A DNA stretch of 64,000 nt, from contig OY764216.1 of NCBI GenBank assembly GCA_963668315.1, positions 288,001 to 352,000 of the forward strand, read 5' to 3'. The notes below the pieces were generated by a model that searched no databases, had not been told where the DNA came from, and worked only from the letters and a program-made list of their open reading frames with translations. The stretch is from Spirochaetia bacterium (GTDB taxonomy: Bacteria; Spirochaetota; Spirochaetia; DSM-2461). Position 1 is the stretch's first letter. Every line of letters begins with the position of its first letter. A program made the translations under genes and the position numbers. Positions 19,740-29,020 of this stretch are shown here, piece after piece.

Positions 19740-20234
19740 ATGAAAAAGATTCTAGGTACCGGACTCATCCTGGCCGTACTTGTCTTTACCCTGTCCTGCG
19801 CCACCGACTCGCAGAAAATGGCGGCCGAAGTGGAAGAGCAGATCCAGTCCGCCGACCTGCCCAATGTAGAGGTGACCGCCGACCAGGAAGGGGTCCACAT
19901 CATCACCACCGGCCTGCTGTTTGAGCCGGAATCCTCGACACTGACCGACGAGATAACCGCCCAGCTGGATGAGCTCGGTATTATCCTCCAGGGATACGAT
20001 GGACACGATGTCCTGGTGGAAGGCCATTCCGCCCTCGTTGGCGCCGCCAGCGCCATCCAGAAGCTTTCCGATGCCCGAGCCAGGGCCATCGCCGATTATC
20101 TTCTTGAAAAAGGCTATGTGACGTCCTCCCAGATTACCTCCATCGGCCGGGGCGCCTCCGAACCGGTCGCCACAAACGACACAAAAGAGGGCCGTGCCCT
20201 GAACAGAAGAGTGGAAATAACCATCCTGAACTAA
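19740..20234 (+). CDS. OmpA-family lipoprotein
   Basis: Lipobox LSC; VEGHS, LSDARARAI, GRALNRRVEI; SD AAGGAG. Confidence 0.9.
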   Translation: MKKILGTGLILAVLVFTLSCATDSQKMAAEVEEQIQSADLPNVEVTADQEGVHIITTGLLFEPESSTLTDEITAQLDELGIILQGYDGHDVLVEGHSALVGAASAIQKLSDARARAIADYLLEKGYVTSSQITSIGRGASEPVATNDTKEGRALNRRVEITILN

Positions 20235-20367
20235 ACGCCGTTTTTTACGTTCCCGAAAAATGACAGAAACGATATATGTCAATGATCGGGAACGGTAAAA
20301 AATGATGGCTAGCCCCGCCATTTTCCGATATACTTCGTAACAGACAACAGCAAGGAGAACTCATTTC

Positions 20368-21921
20368 ATGAAGGAAGGACGTGACGAAGATATACTGGGT
20401 ATTATTCCCCCGGTCAAAATGATCATTAAGGAGGGGGGAACCTTCTCCCTGAAAAACCTCCCCCCCGTGTATTACGGACAGGATGAACTGAAGGACAGCG
20501 CCCTGCTGCTGGCGTCCTGCCTCTGCGGCCAGGGGGAAGGCAGGACAGCCCCGGCTCCTGAGAACATTTCCGGGGGTCGGACGGTGATCCTGACCCTGGA
20601 GGGGGCCCCCTCCGAACAGGCGATGGGCTTCCCCGACGAATCCTACACCGTCAAAATCACCCCGGAGGGCATAAGGGTGAGCGCGCCGGACAAGGCGGGC
20701 ATAGCCCGGGCGGTCCAGACGATACGGCAGGCGGCCTTCCCATCGGACGATCTCCCCTGCCTGACCATAAATGACCGGCCGCGCTTTCCCTGGCGGGGGA
20801 TGCATCTGGATGTGTCCCGCCACTTTTTTCCCAAGGATTACATTCTCCGCTTCATCGATACGATAGCCCTGTTCCGCTTCAACAAGCTTCACCTCCACCT
20901 TACCGACGACCAGGGCTGGCGGGCGGAAATAAGGAAGTATCCCCTTCTGACGGAGATCGGTTCCCTGAGGGAGTCGACGGTGATCGGCCATAACAGGGAA
21001 CGGCCCCTGAAATACCGGGACGTACCGTACGGCGGATACTACACCCGGGAAGAGATGGAGGAGATGGTGGAGTACGCCCGCATCAGGGAGATTGATATCG
21101 TTCCGGAGATTGATATGCCGGGCCACATGCAGGCGGCCATAGCGGCCTATCCCGAACTGGGCTGCACCGATATGAAGCTGAAGCCCCGGTGCCAGTGGGG
21201 AATCAGCCAGCATATCCTCAACGCGGAAGAATCGACCATAGAGTTCATGAAAGACATCCTCGACGAGATCATGGAGATATTCCCCTGCCCCTATATCCAC
21301 ATAGGGGGAGACGAGGCCCTGAAGTATGAGTGGCAGGAGCAGAGACATATCCAGGAGAGGATGGCCGAGGTGGGAGTGAAATCGGAAGACGGGCTGCAGA
21401 GCTGGTTCATCTCCCGCATGGGAGAGCACCTCCACAGCCGGGGCAGGCATATGATCGGCTGGGACGAGATTCTGGAGGGCGGACTGCCCGAAGGGGCCAT
21501 CGTGATGAGCTGGCGGAGCGAAGCGGGGGGCATAGAGGCGGCCGGACAGGGGGCGCCCGTGATCAACTGCACCAGCACCCACACCTATTTCGACCACTAC
21601 CAGGGCCCGGCCGAATCGGAACCCCTGGCCATAGGGGGGGACTGTCCCCTGGAGAAGGTGTATGCCTTCGAACCGGTTCCCCGGGAGATTCCCGAAGAGA
21701 AAAAGCATCTGGTCATGGGTTCCCAGGGGCAGCTGTGGACCGAATATATCGCCGACCGGGAGTACCTGGAGTATATGGCCTTCCCCCGTGCCCTGGCCCT
21801 GGCCGAATGCCTCTGGTGCCGGCCGGAGGAGAAGGACTGGAACGTTTTCGAACAGAGGCTGGATCGGGCGGAACGCCTCCTGGACGCCCTGGGAGTCAAT
21901 TACCGCCGCCGAAACGCCTGA
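20368..21921 (+). CDS. Beta-N-acetylhexosaminidase (GH20)
   Basis: WRGMHLDVSRH, HLHLTDDQGWR, PEIDMPGH, catalytic HIGGDE, YFDHY, LWTE; no signal peptide. Confidence 0.95.
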   Translation: MKEGRDEDILGIIPPVKMIIKEGGTFSLKNLPPVYYGQDELKDSALLLASCLCGQGEGRTAPAPENISGGRTVILTLEGAPSEQAMGFPDESYTVKITPEGIRVSAPDKAGIARAVQTIRQAAFPSDDLPCLTINDRPRFPWRGMHLDVSRHFFPKDYILRFIDTIALFRFNKLHLHLTDDQGWRAEIRKYPLLTEIGSLRESTVIGHNRERPLKYRDVPYGGYYTREEMEEMVEYARIREIDIVPEIDMPGHMQAAIAAYPELGCTDMKLKPRCQWGISQHILNAEESTIEFMKDILDEIMEIFPCPYIHIGGDEALKYEWQEQRHIQERMAEVGVKSEDGLQSWFISRMGEHLHSRGRHMIGWDEILEGGLPEGAIVMSWRSEAGGIEAAGQGAPVINCTSTHTYFDHYQGPAESEPLAIGGDCPLEKVYAFEPVPREIPEEKKHLVMGSQGQLWTEYIADREYLEYMAFPRALALAECLWCRPEEKDWNVFEQRLDRAERLLDALGVNYRRRNA

Positions 21922-22020
21922 GGGATGGGAAGGGCCGCTCGGAGAGCGGGACCGCAGGGCCGGAGCGAACAGCGGAGCCCTGGACAGCCCGGCCCGGGGC
22001 GAGAGCCCCGGGACAGGTCC
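21921..22020 (+). repeat. Structured GC-rich intergenic element, copy 1 (REP-like or ncRNA)
   Basis: Shares ordered motifs with 61023-61130; hairpin CCCGGGGC-GAGA-GCCCCGGG at 21993-22012. Confidence 0.6.
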
Positions 22021-22161
22021 ATAAACGTGCCAGCCGTGAGAATTCAGTGTTTTGTCGATGAAATTTCCGTGAAGTCCCGGATTTTCTCTTTCCTTGCTCT
22101 ATTTTAAAGGCTATGTTGCCGTTAATCATTACGATAACACCAATAAAAAGAGGAATTAACC

Positions 22162-22356
22162 ATGCTTGATTACGACGCGTCATACAAAACATGCGACATT
22201 TGCCGTAAGGAGTACAAGACGGAAGTCCGTCGGTACTATTGCGAGCATTGCGACAAATACTTCTATGTCTGCCCGACCTGTGAGAAAAGGGATAAGATTC
22301 CCTGCATCTTCTGCGGCGTGGGTCTGAAGAAGAAAAGGGAACCGGCTAAAAATTAG
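22162..22356 (+). CDS. Small protein with four CxxC motifs (putative double zinc/iron ribbon)
   Basis: CDIC, CEHC, CPTC, CIFC in 64 aa; SD AGAGGA. Confidence 0.75.
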   Translation: MLDYDASYKTCDICRKEYKTEVRRYYCEHCDKYFYVCPTCEKRDKIPCIFCGVGLKKKREPAKN

Positions 22357-22386
22357 GATTTCCTACCGGAAATCTAGAGATTTAAT

Positions 22387-22415
22387 TTGACCAAGGCCGT
22401 TAAAATCCTTATATT
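22387..22415 (+). promoter_or_regulatory. Sigma70 promoter of nifS
   Basis: TTGACC-N17-TATATT, 9 nt before ATG 22425; no SD. Confidence 0.65.
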
Positions 22416-22424
22416 AAACCTGAT

Positions 22425-23588
22425 ATGAAACAGGTATATTTGGATAACAATGCGACGACCATCGTGGATCCCCTGGTAAAACAGGCTATGGATCCCTTTT
22501 TCTGTCAGATGTTCGGGAATCCCAATTCCCTGCACCGCTTCGGCACGGAAACCCATCCGGAAATGAGCAAGGCTCTGGACCGGCTCTACGCGGGAATCGG
22601 TGCGGGGGATGACGACGATATCCTTATCAACGGATGCGCCACCGAAGGGAACAACAACGTTCTCAAGGGCGTTTTCTGGGATATCGTCTCCCAAAGCGAC
22701 AAAAAGCGCATCATCACTTCCCAGATCGAACATCCCGCGGTTCTCCATACCTGTCAGTTCCTCGAAAGCAAAGGGGCCGAAGTGGTTTACCTTCCCGTCA
22801 GCAAAGAGGGAATCGTCACGCCGGAGATCCTGAAAAAGGAACTGGACGCCGACAGGACCGCCCTGGTCTCCATCATGTGGGCCAATAACGAGACAGGCCT
22901 GATCAATCCCATTAAGGAACTGGCCGAGATGACCAAGGAAGCGGGCGCCCTGTTCCATACGGATGCCGTGCAGGCCGTGGGAAAGGTTCCCGTGAATGTT
23001 CAGGATGTCCCGGTGGATTTCCTGACCTTTTCGGCCCATAAATTCCACGGCCCCAAGGGTGTGGGCGGCCTCTACATACGCAAGGGCCTCTCCCTCACCC
23101 CCCTCCTTCACGGAGGCGAGCAGATGGGCGGTATGAGGGCCGGTACGGTGAACGTGGCCTTCATGGTAGCCATGGGGCTCGCCATGGAGCTGGCCGCCGA
23201 ATCCCTGGAGTACGAAGACAAAGAGGTGCGCCGCCTGCGGGATAAGCTGGAAGACGCCCTGCTGGCCCTGCCCGATGTGGATATCATCGGCAGGCGGGAG
23301 ATGCGAACTCCCAATACCATCCTCGCCAGCTTCAAGGGCATAGAGGGGGAAGCCTTCCTGTGGGACCTGAACAACAAGGGGGTGGCGGCCAGTACGGGCA
23401 GCGCCTGTTCCTCCGAAGACCTTCAGGCCGATGCGACCTTCCAGGCGATGGACGTGGACGCGGACCTGGCCCATACAGGCGTGCGGTTCAGCCTGAGCCG
23501 TTTTACTACAGAGGACGAGATTGATTACGCCATTCAGGTGGTGCAGGAGACGGTGAGCCGGCTGCGGAATATTTCCAGTACCTACTAA
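22425..23588 (+). CDS. nifS: Cysteine desulfurase, NifS/IscS family
   Basis: YLDNNATT, GNPNSLH, HTDAVQ, SAHKFHGPKG (PLP Lys), STGSAC (catalytic Cys). Confidence 0.95.
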   Translation: MKQVYLDNNATTIVDPLVKQAMDPFFCQMFGNPNSLHRFGTETHPEMSKALDRLYAGIGAGDDDDILINGCATEGNNNVLKGVFWDIVSQSDKKRIITSQIEHPAVLHTCQFLESKGAEVVYLPVSKEGIVTPEILKKELDADRTALVSIMWANNETGLINPIKELAEMTKEAGALFHTDAVQAVGKVPVNVQDVPVDFLTFSAHKFHGPKGVGGLYIRKGLSLTPLLHGGEQMGGMRAGTVNVAFMVAMGLAMELAAESLEYEDKEVRRLRDKLEDALLALPDVDIIGRREMRTPNTILASFKGIEGEAFLWDLNNKGVAASTGSACSSEDLQADATFQAMDVDADLAHTGVRFSLSRFTTEDEIDYAIQVVQETVSRLRNISSTY

Positions 23589-23606
23589 GCGCAAACAAGG
23601 ACCCCC

Positions 23607-24458
23607 ATGACTACCGAGACCATCTACGAAATAAACCCGGAAAAATGCATACTCTGCGGGCTCTGCCGGAAGGACTGTCCCTCGCGCTGTATAGAAGAGC
23701 AGGACGGCGGGCTGGCGATTAATCAGGATTCGTGCATCCAGTGCGGCCACTGCGGGGCCATCTGTCCAGAAGGGGCGGTCACCTGCGACGGGGAGGAGCT
23801 TGTTCCCGTGGGCGAGATTCCCTCTTCCGCCGATGAGGTGTTTGCCCTTGTTGCGGGAAAGCGCTCCGTGCGTAACTACAAAGACAAAGAGATACCCCGG
23901 GAAGTTCTGGACAGGATCGTGGAAAGCGGTTCCTTGACGGGCACCGCCTCCAACGGCCGGGATGTCCAGGTGAAGGTTCTTACCGGGGAGGATGCCGTCC
24001 TTCTGCGGAGAGGCCTCTGTTTCAAACTGCTGGGGCTGATTAAGATCCTCGATAACCCGGCAGGACGGCAGATCGCCCGCTGGGCCGGTATGTCGAAGTA
24101 CGCCCGTAAGGATGTTCTCAAGTCTTTCAGGAGGCGTCTGACCGACGGCGCAGAAGGGAACGGGGATCCCCTGTTCTTCCATGCCCCCGCCGTGGTGGTT
24201 CTGTCCTACCCGAGGCATAATAAGCGCTTCGGCCGTACCAATGCGGTCATGGCCGGACAGAGCATGATGCTTTACGCCCACTCTCTGGGCATAGAATCCT
24301 GCGTCATTGGTTTCGCCGAAGTGGCGGCGGCCGGAAAAAAGGGTAAAGAAATCCTGGGCATAGGCAAAGACCGGGAAGCGGGGATGATCTTTACCCTGGG
24401 CTACGGCGTCCCCAGGTATTACAGGCTGCCAAAGAGACGGAGTATCGAGGTTTCCTGA
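23607..24458 (+). CDS. Nitroreductase family protein with N-terminal 2x[4Fe-4S] ferredoxin domain
   Basis: CILCGLCRKDCP and CIQCGHCGAICP, then KRSVRNY and SLGIESC. Confidence 0.9.
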   Translation: MTTETIYEINPEKCILCGLCRKDCPSRCIEEQDGGLAINQDSCIQCGHCGAICPEGAVTCDGEELVPVGEIPSSADEVFALVAGKRSVRNYKDKEIPREVLDRIVESGSLTGTASNGRDVQVKVLTGEDAVLLRRGLCFKLLGLIKILDNPAGRQIARWAGMSKYARKDVLKSFRRRLTDGAEGNGDPLFFHAPAVVVLSYPRHNKRFGRTNAVMAGQSMMLYAHSLGIESCVIGFAEVAAAGKKGKEILGIGKDREAGMIFTLGYGVPRYYRLPKRRSIEVS

Positions 24459-24818
24459 TCAATCAAAAAAATGCAAAAGTGGATCATCTTCTTCCCCCTC
24501 ATCCGGCAGGGGTTGAGAAGTGATCATGATGACATCGCCCTCTATTTTCAGTCCGTATTTTTTTAATCTGGAAGCATTCTGATTCAGGCATTCTCCCGTT
24601 ACCAGATTGAATTTCCATCCATGACGGGGGCAGGTCGCTATATCACCGGAAATATGGCCTCTGGTAATATCCGCCCCCTGATGCTTACAGCCGACTTCAA
24701 TCGCGTAAAACTCTGAATTCGGCCCTTTGATAATCCCGACTTTTCTGCCTAATATGGTAACGCTTTTAATTCTATTATTCGTAAAATCATTAACATTCGC
24801 TGCTTTTATATAATCCAA
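24459..24818 (-). CDS. Rieske [2Fe-2S] ferredoxin
   Basis: CKHQG and CPRHGWKF motifs; TTG start with AGGA upstream; AT-richer than neighbours. Confidence 0.88.
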   Translation of the reverse strand: MDYIKAANVNDFTNNRIKSVTILGRKVGIIKGPNSEFYAIEVGCKHQGADITRGHISGDIATCPRHGWKFNLVTGECLNQNASRLKKYGLKIEGDVIMITSQPLPDEGEEDDPLLHFFD

Positions 24819-24947
24819 TTTTCCTATCCTGCTTTGTATTTTACTACGTTCAGTAAGCCGAATGACCGGCCATTTTACCTAAAGTTTAGTTTATATGAAG
24901 TGTAAAACAGTTTTTGCCCGAATTCTATGCGACTTTGCTTTTTTATC

Positions 24948-25115
24948 GGATTTATGCGGCCGGGCGCGCCTGAAGGTCTAGCCGATTAGACGAAATTCAC
25001 CTAATCAGTCAAGCCCACTAAGGGCCCTCTCTCTGCTCTCGTCACCCCATAAGCGTCTCTTCCCATTAGGCGAATTTCGTATTAACTCCCGGGAATTAAC
25101 TCCGCCGCAAAACCC
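24948..25115 (-). ncRNA. Candidate structured RNA or MITE-like element
   Basis: 16-bp inverted repeat 24990-25005/25065-25080 plus an outer stem; the mismatches are G-U pairs on the minus strand. Confidence 0.4.
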
Positions 25116-26246
25116 TCACCCTTCCGCCCTCCGGCGAAACCGCAGAATGGCGGCCGTGATAAAAAGAATTCCCATTCCCCCCATGGCCGCCGCTTCCGGC
25201 AGAAGATAGCGGAAGGGGGTCCCTTTCAGAAAGATCTCCCGAAGGACTGCCATGAAATAACGAAGGGGATTCAGATAGGTCATAAGCTGTATGATCCGGG
25301 GCATATTGTTAATGGGGACAAAGAATCCGGACAGGAGCAGCGCAAAAATAAGGGAGAACCAGGCGACAAACATGGCCTGCTGCTGGGTAGCCGCCACGGT
25401 AGAGATAAAGATGCCCAGTCCCAGGGTTGAGAGAAGAAAGAGAAAGGCCAGGAGGTACAGCAGAATGAGGCTTCCGGCCACGGGTATGCCGAAGATGAGG
25501 CGGGCGGCCAGTATTCCCACGGAGAACTGGACCAGCCCCAGAATCGTGAAAGGGATCAGCTTGCCGATGATCAGCTGAAACCCGCTCAGAGGAGTGACCA
25601 TGAGCTGCTCCAGGGTTCCCGCCTCCTTCTCCCTGACGATATTGACCGCCGTAAGCATGGAGGTCATCATGAAAAGGAGGAGGCCGATCAGCCCGGGAAC
25701 GAAATTCAGCTTGCTGTCCAGTCCGGGATTGTAGTAGAAGCGGGGAATCACTTCCGGACGGCCCGGCCCGTTCACCCCCGCGGCGGAGGCAGCCAGCCTC
25801 TCACGGAGCCAGGTTTTCTGCAGTTTCCCACTCAGCGCGGTGATATATCCCAGGCTGACTCCGGCGGAGTTCCCGTCCACTCCGTCGATAAGCACCTGTA
25901 CGGACGGAGTCAGCCCCTTTTCCCAATCCTTTTCAAATCCCCGGGGAATGATAAGAACGGCCTTTGTCACTCCCCCGTCCAGGGAGGCTGTCGCCTGAAC
26001 GTCGGAGTCAAGTTCCCCCAGGTACTCAAAAAGCGGTACGGCCCGGATTTTCCGGAGAATCTCCCGGCTGGAAAAACTACGGTCCCGGTCCACGACGGCC
26101 AGGGGGATATTTTTCACCTCATTGGTTATGGCCGACCCCATGATGAGAAGCTGGATGAAGGGTGCGACGAAGATAAGCCCCAGATAGGCCTTTGTCCGGC
26201 GGATCTGGCGGAACTCTTTTTTTACCAGCGCGGCGACTCGTGCCAT
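25116..26246 (-). CDS. ABC-2 type exporter permease (YbhR-like)
   Basis: KEFRQIRR, IVREKEAGTLEQLMVTP, LLSGFFVPINNMP. Confidence 0.92.
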   Translation of the reverse strand: MARVAALVKKEFRQIRRTKAYLGLIFVAPFIQLLIMGSAITNEVKNIPLAVVDRDRSFSSREILRKIRAVPLFEYLGELDSDVQATASLDGGVTKAVLIIPRGFEKDWEKGLTPSVQVLIDGVDGNSAGVSLGYITALSGKLQKTWLRERLAASAAGVNGPGRPEVIPRFYYNPGLDSKLNFVPGLIGLLLFMMTSMLTAVNIVREKEAGTLEQLMVTPLSGFQLIIGKLIPFTILGLVQFSVGILAARLIFGIPVAGSLILLYLLAFLFLLSTLGLGIFISTVAATQQQAMFVAWFSLIFALLLSGFFVPINNMPRIIQLMTYLNPLRYFMAVLREIFLKGTPFRYLLPEAAAMGGMGILFITAAILRFRRRAEG

Positions 26247-26257
26247 GATGCCCTCCC

Positions 26258-27349
26258 TTAATCCAGCCGGATTTTAAACGAGCGGATGCTCAGAAGAATC
26301 AGGATTCCATCCAGCCCCAGCAGAATTCCCGCCGGACGGTAAAGCTGGGCCAGACTGTTGCCTTTCAGGATGATCCCGCGGATGATCTCAAGAAAATAGG
26401 TGGCCGGAATGATTTTGCTGACGAGCTGGAATACCCGGGGCATACTGGAGAGGGGAAAGATAAATCCGCTCAGAAGCATGGAGGGCAGAACGGTCAGGGA
26501 AACGGTGGCCAGCATGGCGACGGACTGACTGGGGGCGATCGTGGAGATGAGCATGCCCAGGCTCAGCCCGGTCACCACATAAATCAGCATCATGGCCATA
26601 ACAAGGAGAAGGGAGCCCTTAACGGCCACGCCGAAGATGAGCTGCCCGGCCCCCAGAATGATCAGACCGTCCAGAAACCCCAGCATCGTATAGGGCAGAA
26701 CCTTTCCCAGTATTATCTGCCGCGGCTTTACCGGACTGACCAGAAGCTGTTCCATAGTACCCGTTTCCTTCTCCCGCACGATGGCGATGCTTGTCAGGAG
26801 GGCGCAGATGAGGATGAGGATCAGGGCGATCAGACCGGGAACAAAAAACGGGGCGGACCGCATTTCTGAGTTGTAGAGGATGCGCGGTTCCAGAGTAAAA
26901 AGCCCGCTCCCTTCTCCCGATGCCAGAGTGACGGCGGCGGTGAGGTAGGTATACATGAAATTGGCGCTGTTCGGATCGCCCGCATCGATCGCCAGAAACA
27001 GGGGAGCCGCCTCTCCCCCCGCCAGCCGGGTGGAGTAATCGGCGGGGATTTCCAGATAGCACTGGGCCCCGCGGCTCTGGAACAGTCCATTGATATCGGC
27101 AACCCCGTTTTCGGTACTGGATACCCGGAAGAATTCAGAAGCATCGAGACGGCGTATCAGCTCCCGGCTCTGGGGAGATTTTGACCGGTCGGCCACGGTC
27201 AGGCGGATATCCTTCATATCCATATTGATGGCGTAGCCGTAGAGGAGAAGCATAATAAGGGGCATGGAGAAAACCATAAACAGGCTCTGTTTATCCCGGA
27301 AGATGTGTATCATCTCCTTACGGAAGACAGCGAACAGGGATCGTTTCAT
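26258..27349 (-). CDS. ABC-2 type exporter permease (YbhS-like)
   Basis: KEMIHIFRD, IVREKETGTMEQLLVSP, LLSGFIFP. Confidence 0.92.
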   Translation of the reverse strand: MKRSLFAVFRKEMIHIFRDKQSLFMVFSMPLIMLLLYGYAINMDMKDIRLTVADRSKSPQSRELIRRLDASEFFRVSSTENGVADINGLFQSRGAQCYLEIPADYSTRLAGGEAAPLFLAIDAGDPNSANFMYTYLTAAVTLASGEGSGLFTLEPRILYNSEMRSAPFFVPGLIALILILICALLTSIAIVREKETGTMEQLLVSPVKPRQIILGKVLPYTMLGFLDGLIILGAGQLIFGVAVKGSLLLVMAMMLIYVVTGLSLGMLISTIAPSQSVAMLATVSLTVLPSMLLSGFIFPLSSMPRVFQLVSKIIPATYFLEIIRGIILKGNSLAQLYRPAGILLGLDGILILLSIRSFKIRLD

Positions 27350-28086
27350 TTCTCCTCCCTCAGAGCGGCCAGAAACACTTCCTGCATGGTATCGGCGCCG
27401 TATGCCTCTTTCAGCCTGTGGGGATTATCCATCTCCAGTATCCGTCCCTGCCTCATGATGGATAAGCGGTGGCAGTACTCTGCTTCGTCCATGAAGTGGG
27501 TCGTCACGAAGACGGATTTTCCCTGATCGGACAGGCGGTAGATGAGCTTCCAGAAATTGCGGCGGGTCAGGGGATCGACGCCGCTGGTCGGTTCATCCAG
27601 AAAGACGATGGGGGGGTCGTGGATCAGGCTGGCGCAGAGGGAGAGCCTTTGCTTCCAGCCCAGGGGTATGTCGGAGGTCAGCTTGCCGGCCAGATCCTCC
27701 AGCCCGATAAGGGCGAAGAGCTCTTCGCTCCGCCTGCCTATCCTCTCCCGACTCATTCCGTAAATTCCCCCGTAAAACTCGATGTTTTCCCTTACCGTGA
27801 GATCATTGTACAGACTGAATTTCTGGCTCATATAGCCGATATGATGCTTAATTTTTCCGTATTGTTTCATGATATCGAAACCGGCGACCGAACCGTCTCC
27901 GGCCGTGGGGGCCAGCAGACCGCAGAGCATGCGGATCGTAGTGGTCTTTCCCGCTCCGTTCGCCCCGAGAAACCCGAAGATCTCTCCCCGGGCCACGGTA
28001 AAGTCGACCCGGTCAACGGCGGTGAAATCTCCGAATTGCCTGGTAAGTCCCCGGACCTGTACAGCCGCCTCCCCCGAATCACTCAT
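27346..28086 (-). CDS. ABC transporter ATP-binding protein (YbhF C-half-like)
   Basis: GANGAGKTT, PLGWKQRL, FLDEPTSGVDP. Confidence 0.93.
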   Translation of the reverse strand: MSDSGEAAVQVRGLTRQFGDFTAVDRVDFTVARGEIFGFLGANGAGKTTTIRMLCGLLAPTAGDGSVAGFDIMKQYGKIKHHIGYMSQKFSLYNDLTVRENIEFYGGIYGMSRERIGRRSEELFALIGLEDLAGKLTSDIPLGWKQRLSLCASLIHDPPIVFLDEPTSGVDPLTRRNFWKLIYRLSDQGKSVFVTTHFMDEAEYCHRLSIMRQGRILEMDNPHRLKEAYGADTMQEVFLAALREEK

Positions 28087-29020
28087 CTCCCGTCTCCTTC
28101 ATCAGCTTAAGAAAAAGATCTTCCATCCCCGCCTCAATGGCATCAAAGGAGTCCCAGGAGAGGCCGGCCTTTTCCAGAACCTCTTTCCCGTCCGCCGTCG
28201 TGCGGCCCGGAATAAAAGTCACGTGGACCCCCTCCCCGAAAAGGTGACACTCATCGCAGATTCCCGAAGCCTCCAGTGAATCCTGTACCAGATGGGGCCG
28301 GGATGTGCCGATGCGGTACAGGGTCTGGGGGTAGCTTTTTTTCAGCCGCTCCGGTTCGTCCGAAGCCAGCAGACGCCCTTTGAACATCAGCCCCACCCGG
28401 TCGCAAAGGCCGGCTTCATCCATATAGGCCGTGCTGACCAGTATGGTGGTGCCCTCCTCCCTCAGTCGGGCGAGGATCTGCCAGAAATCGTTCCGCGAGA
28501 GGGGATCCACCCCGAAGGTAGGCTCGTCCAGGATGATAATGTCGGGAGAGTGGATAAGCATGCAGGACAGGGCCAGCTTCTGCTTCATCCCCCCCGAGAG
28601 GGCTCCCGCTTTACGGCGGACGAAGGGTTTGAGCCCGGAAAAGAGGAAAAGCTCTTCCATCCTCCGTAATGCATCCTTCCTTCCCACGTCAAAGAGATCG
28701 GCAAAGAAGAGAAGATTCTCCTTCACCGTCAGATCCTGATAAAGGCTGAAGTGCTGGGGCATGTAGCCGATGCGGCTGCGGACATATTCGGGATAGGCCC
28801 CCACGGAACGGCCCCGGAAAAAGAGCTCCCCCGTTTCAACGGGGAGAAGCCCGACAAAGGAGCGGAGCAATGAGGTTTTCCCCCCTCCGTCAGGTCCGAT
28901 CAGGCCGAATATTTCTCCCCTGCCGACGCAAAAGGAAATATTCCTAACGGCCCTGACCTGCCCGTAGTGTTTAGAGAACTGCCGGGCTTCCAGTACGGTT
29001 TCACCTTCAGAAGCGTACAT
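28079..29020 (-). CDS. ABC transporter ATP-binding protein (YbhF N-half-like)
   Basis: GPDGGGKT, LSGGMKQKL, LDEPTFGVDP, STAYMDEA. Confidence 0.93.
   Translation of the reverse strand: MYASEGETVLEARQFSKHYGQVRAVRNISFCVGRGEIFGLIGPDGGGKTSLLRSFVGLLPVETGELFFRGRSVGAYPEYVRSRIGYMPQHFSLYQDLTVKENLLFFADLFDVGRKDALRRMEELFLFSGLKPFVRRKAGALSGGMKQKLALSCMLIHSPDIIILDEPTFGVDPLSRNDFWQILARLREEGTTILVSTAYMDEAGLCDRVGLMFKGRLLASDEPERLKKSYPQTLYRIGTSRPHLVQDSLEASGICDECHLFGEGVHVTFIPGRTTADGKEVLEKAGLSWDSFDAIEAGMEDLFLKLMKETGDE

Noticed and set aside
20245..21708. 487-aa minus-strand ORF
   Set aside because: Antisense shadow of the GH20 gene; no motifs
22374..24281. 635-aa minus-strand ORF
   Set aside because: Antisense shadow of nifS and the nitroreductase, expected with high GC3
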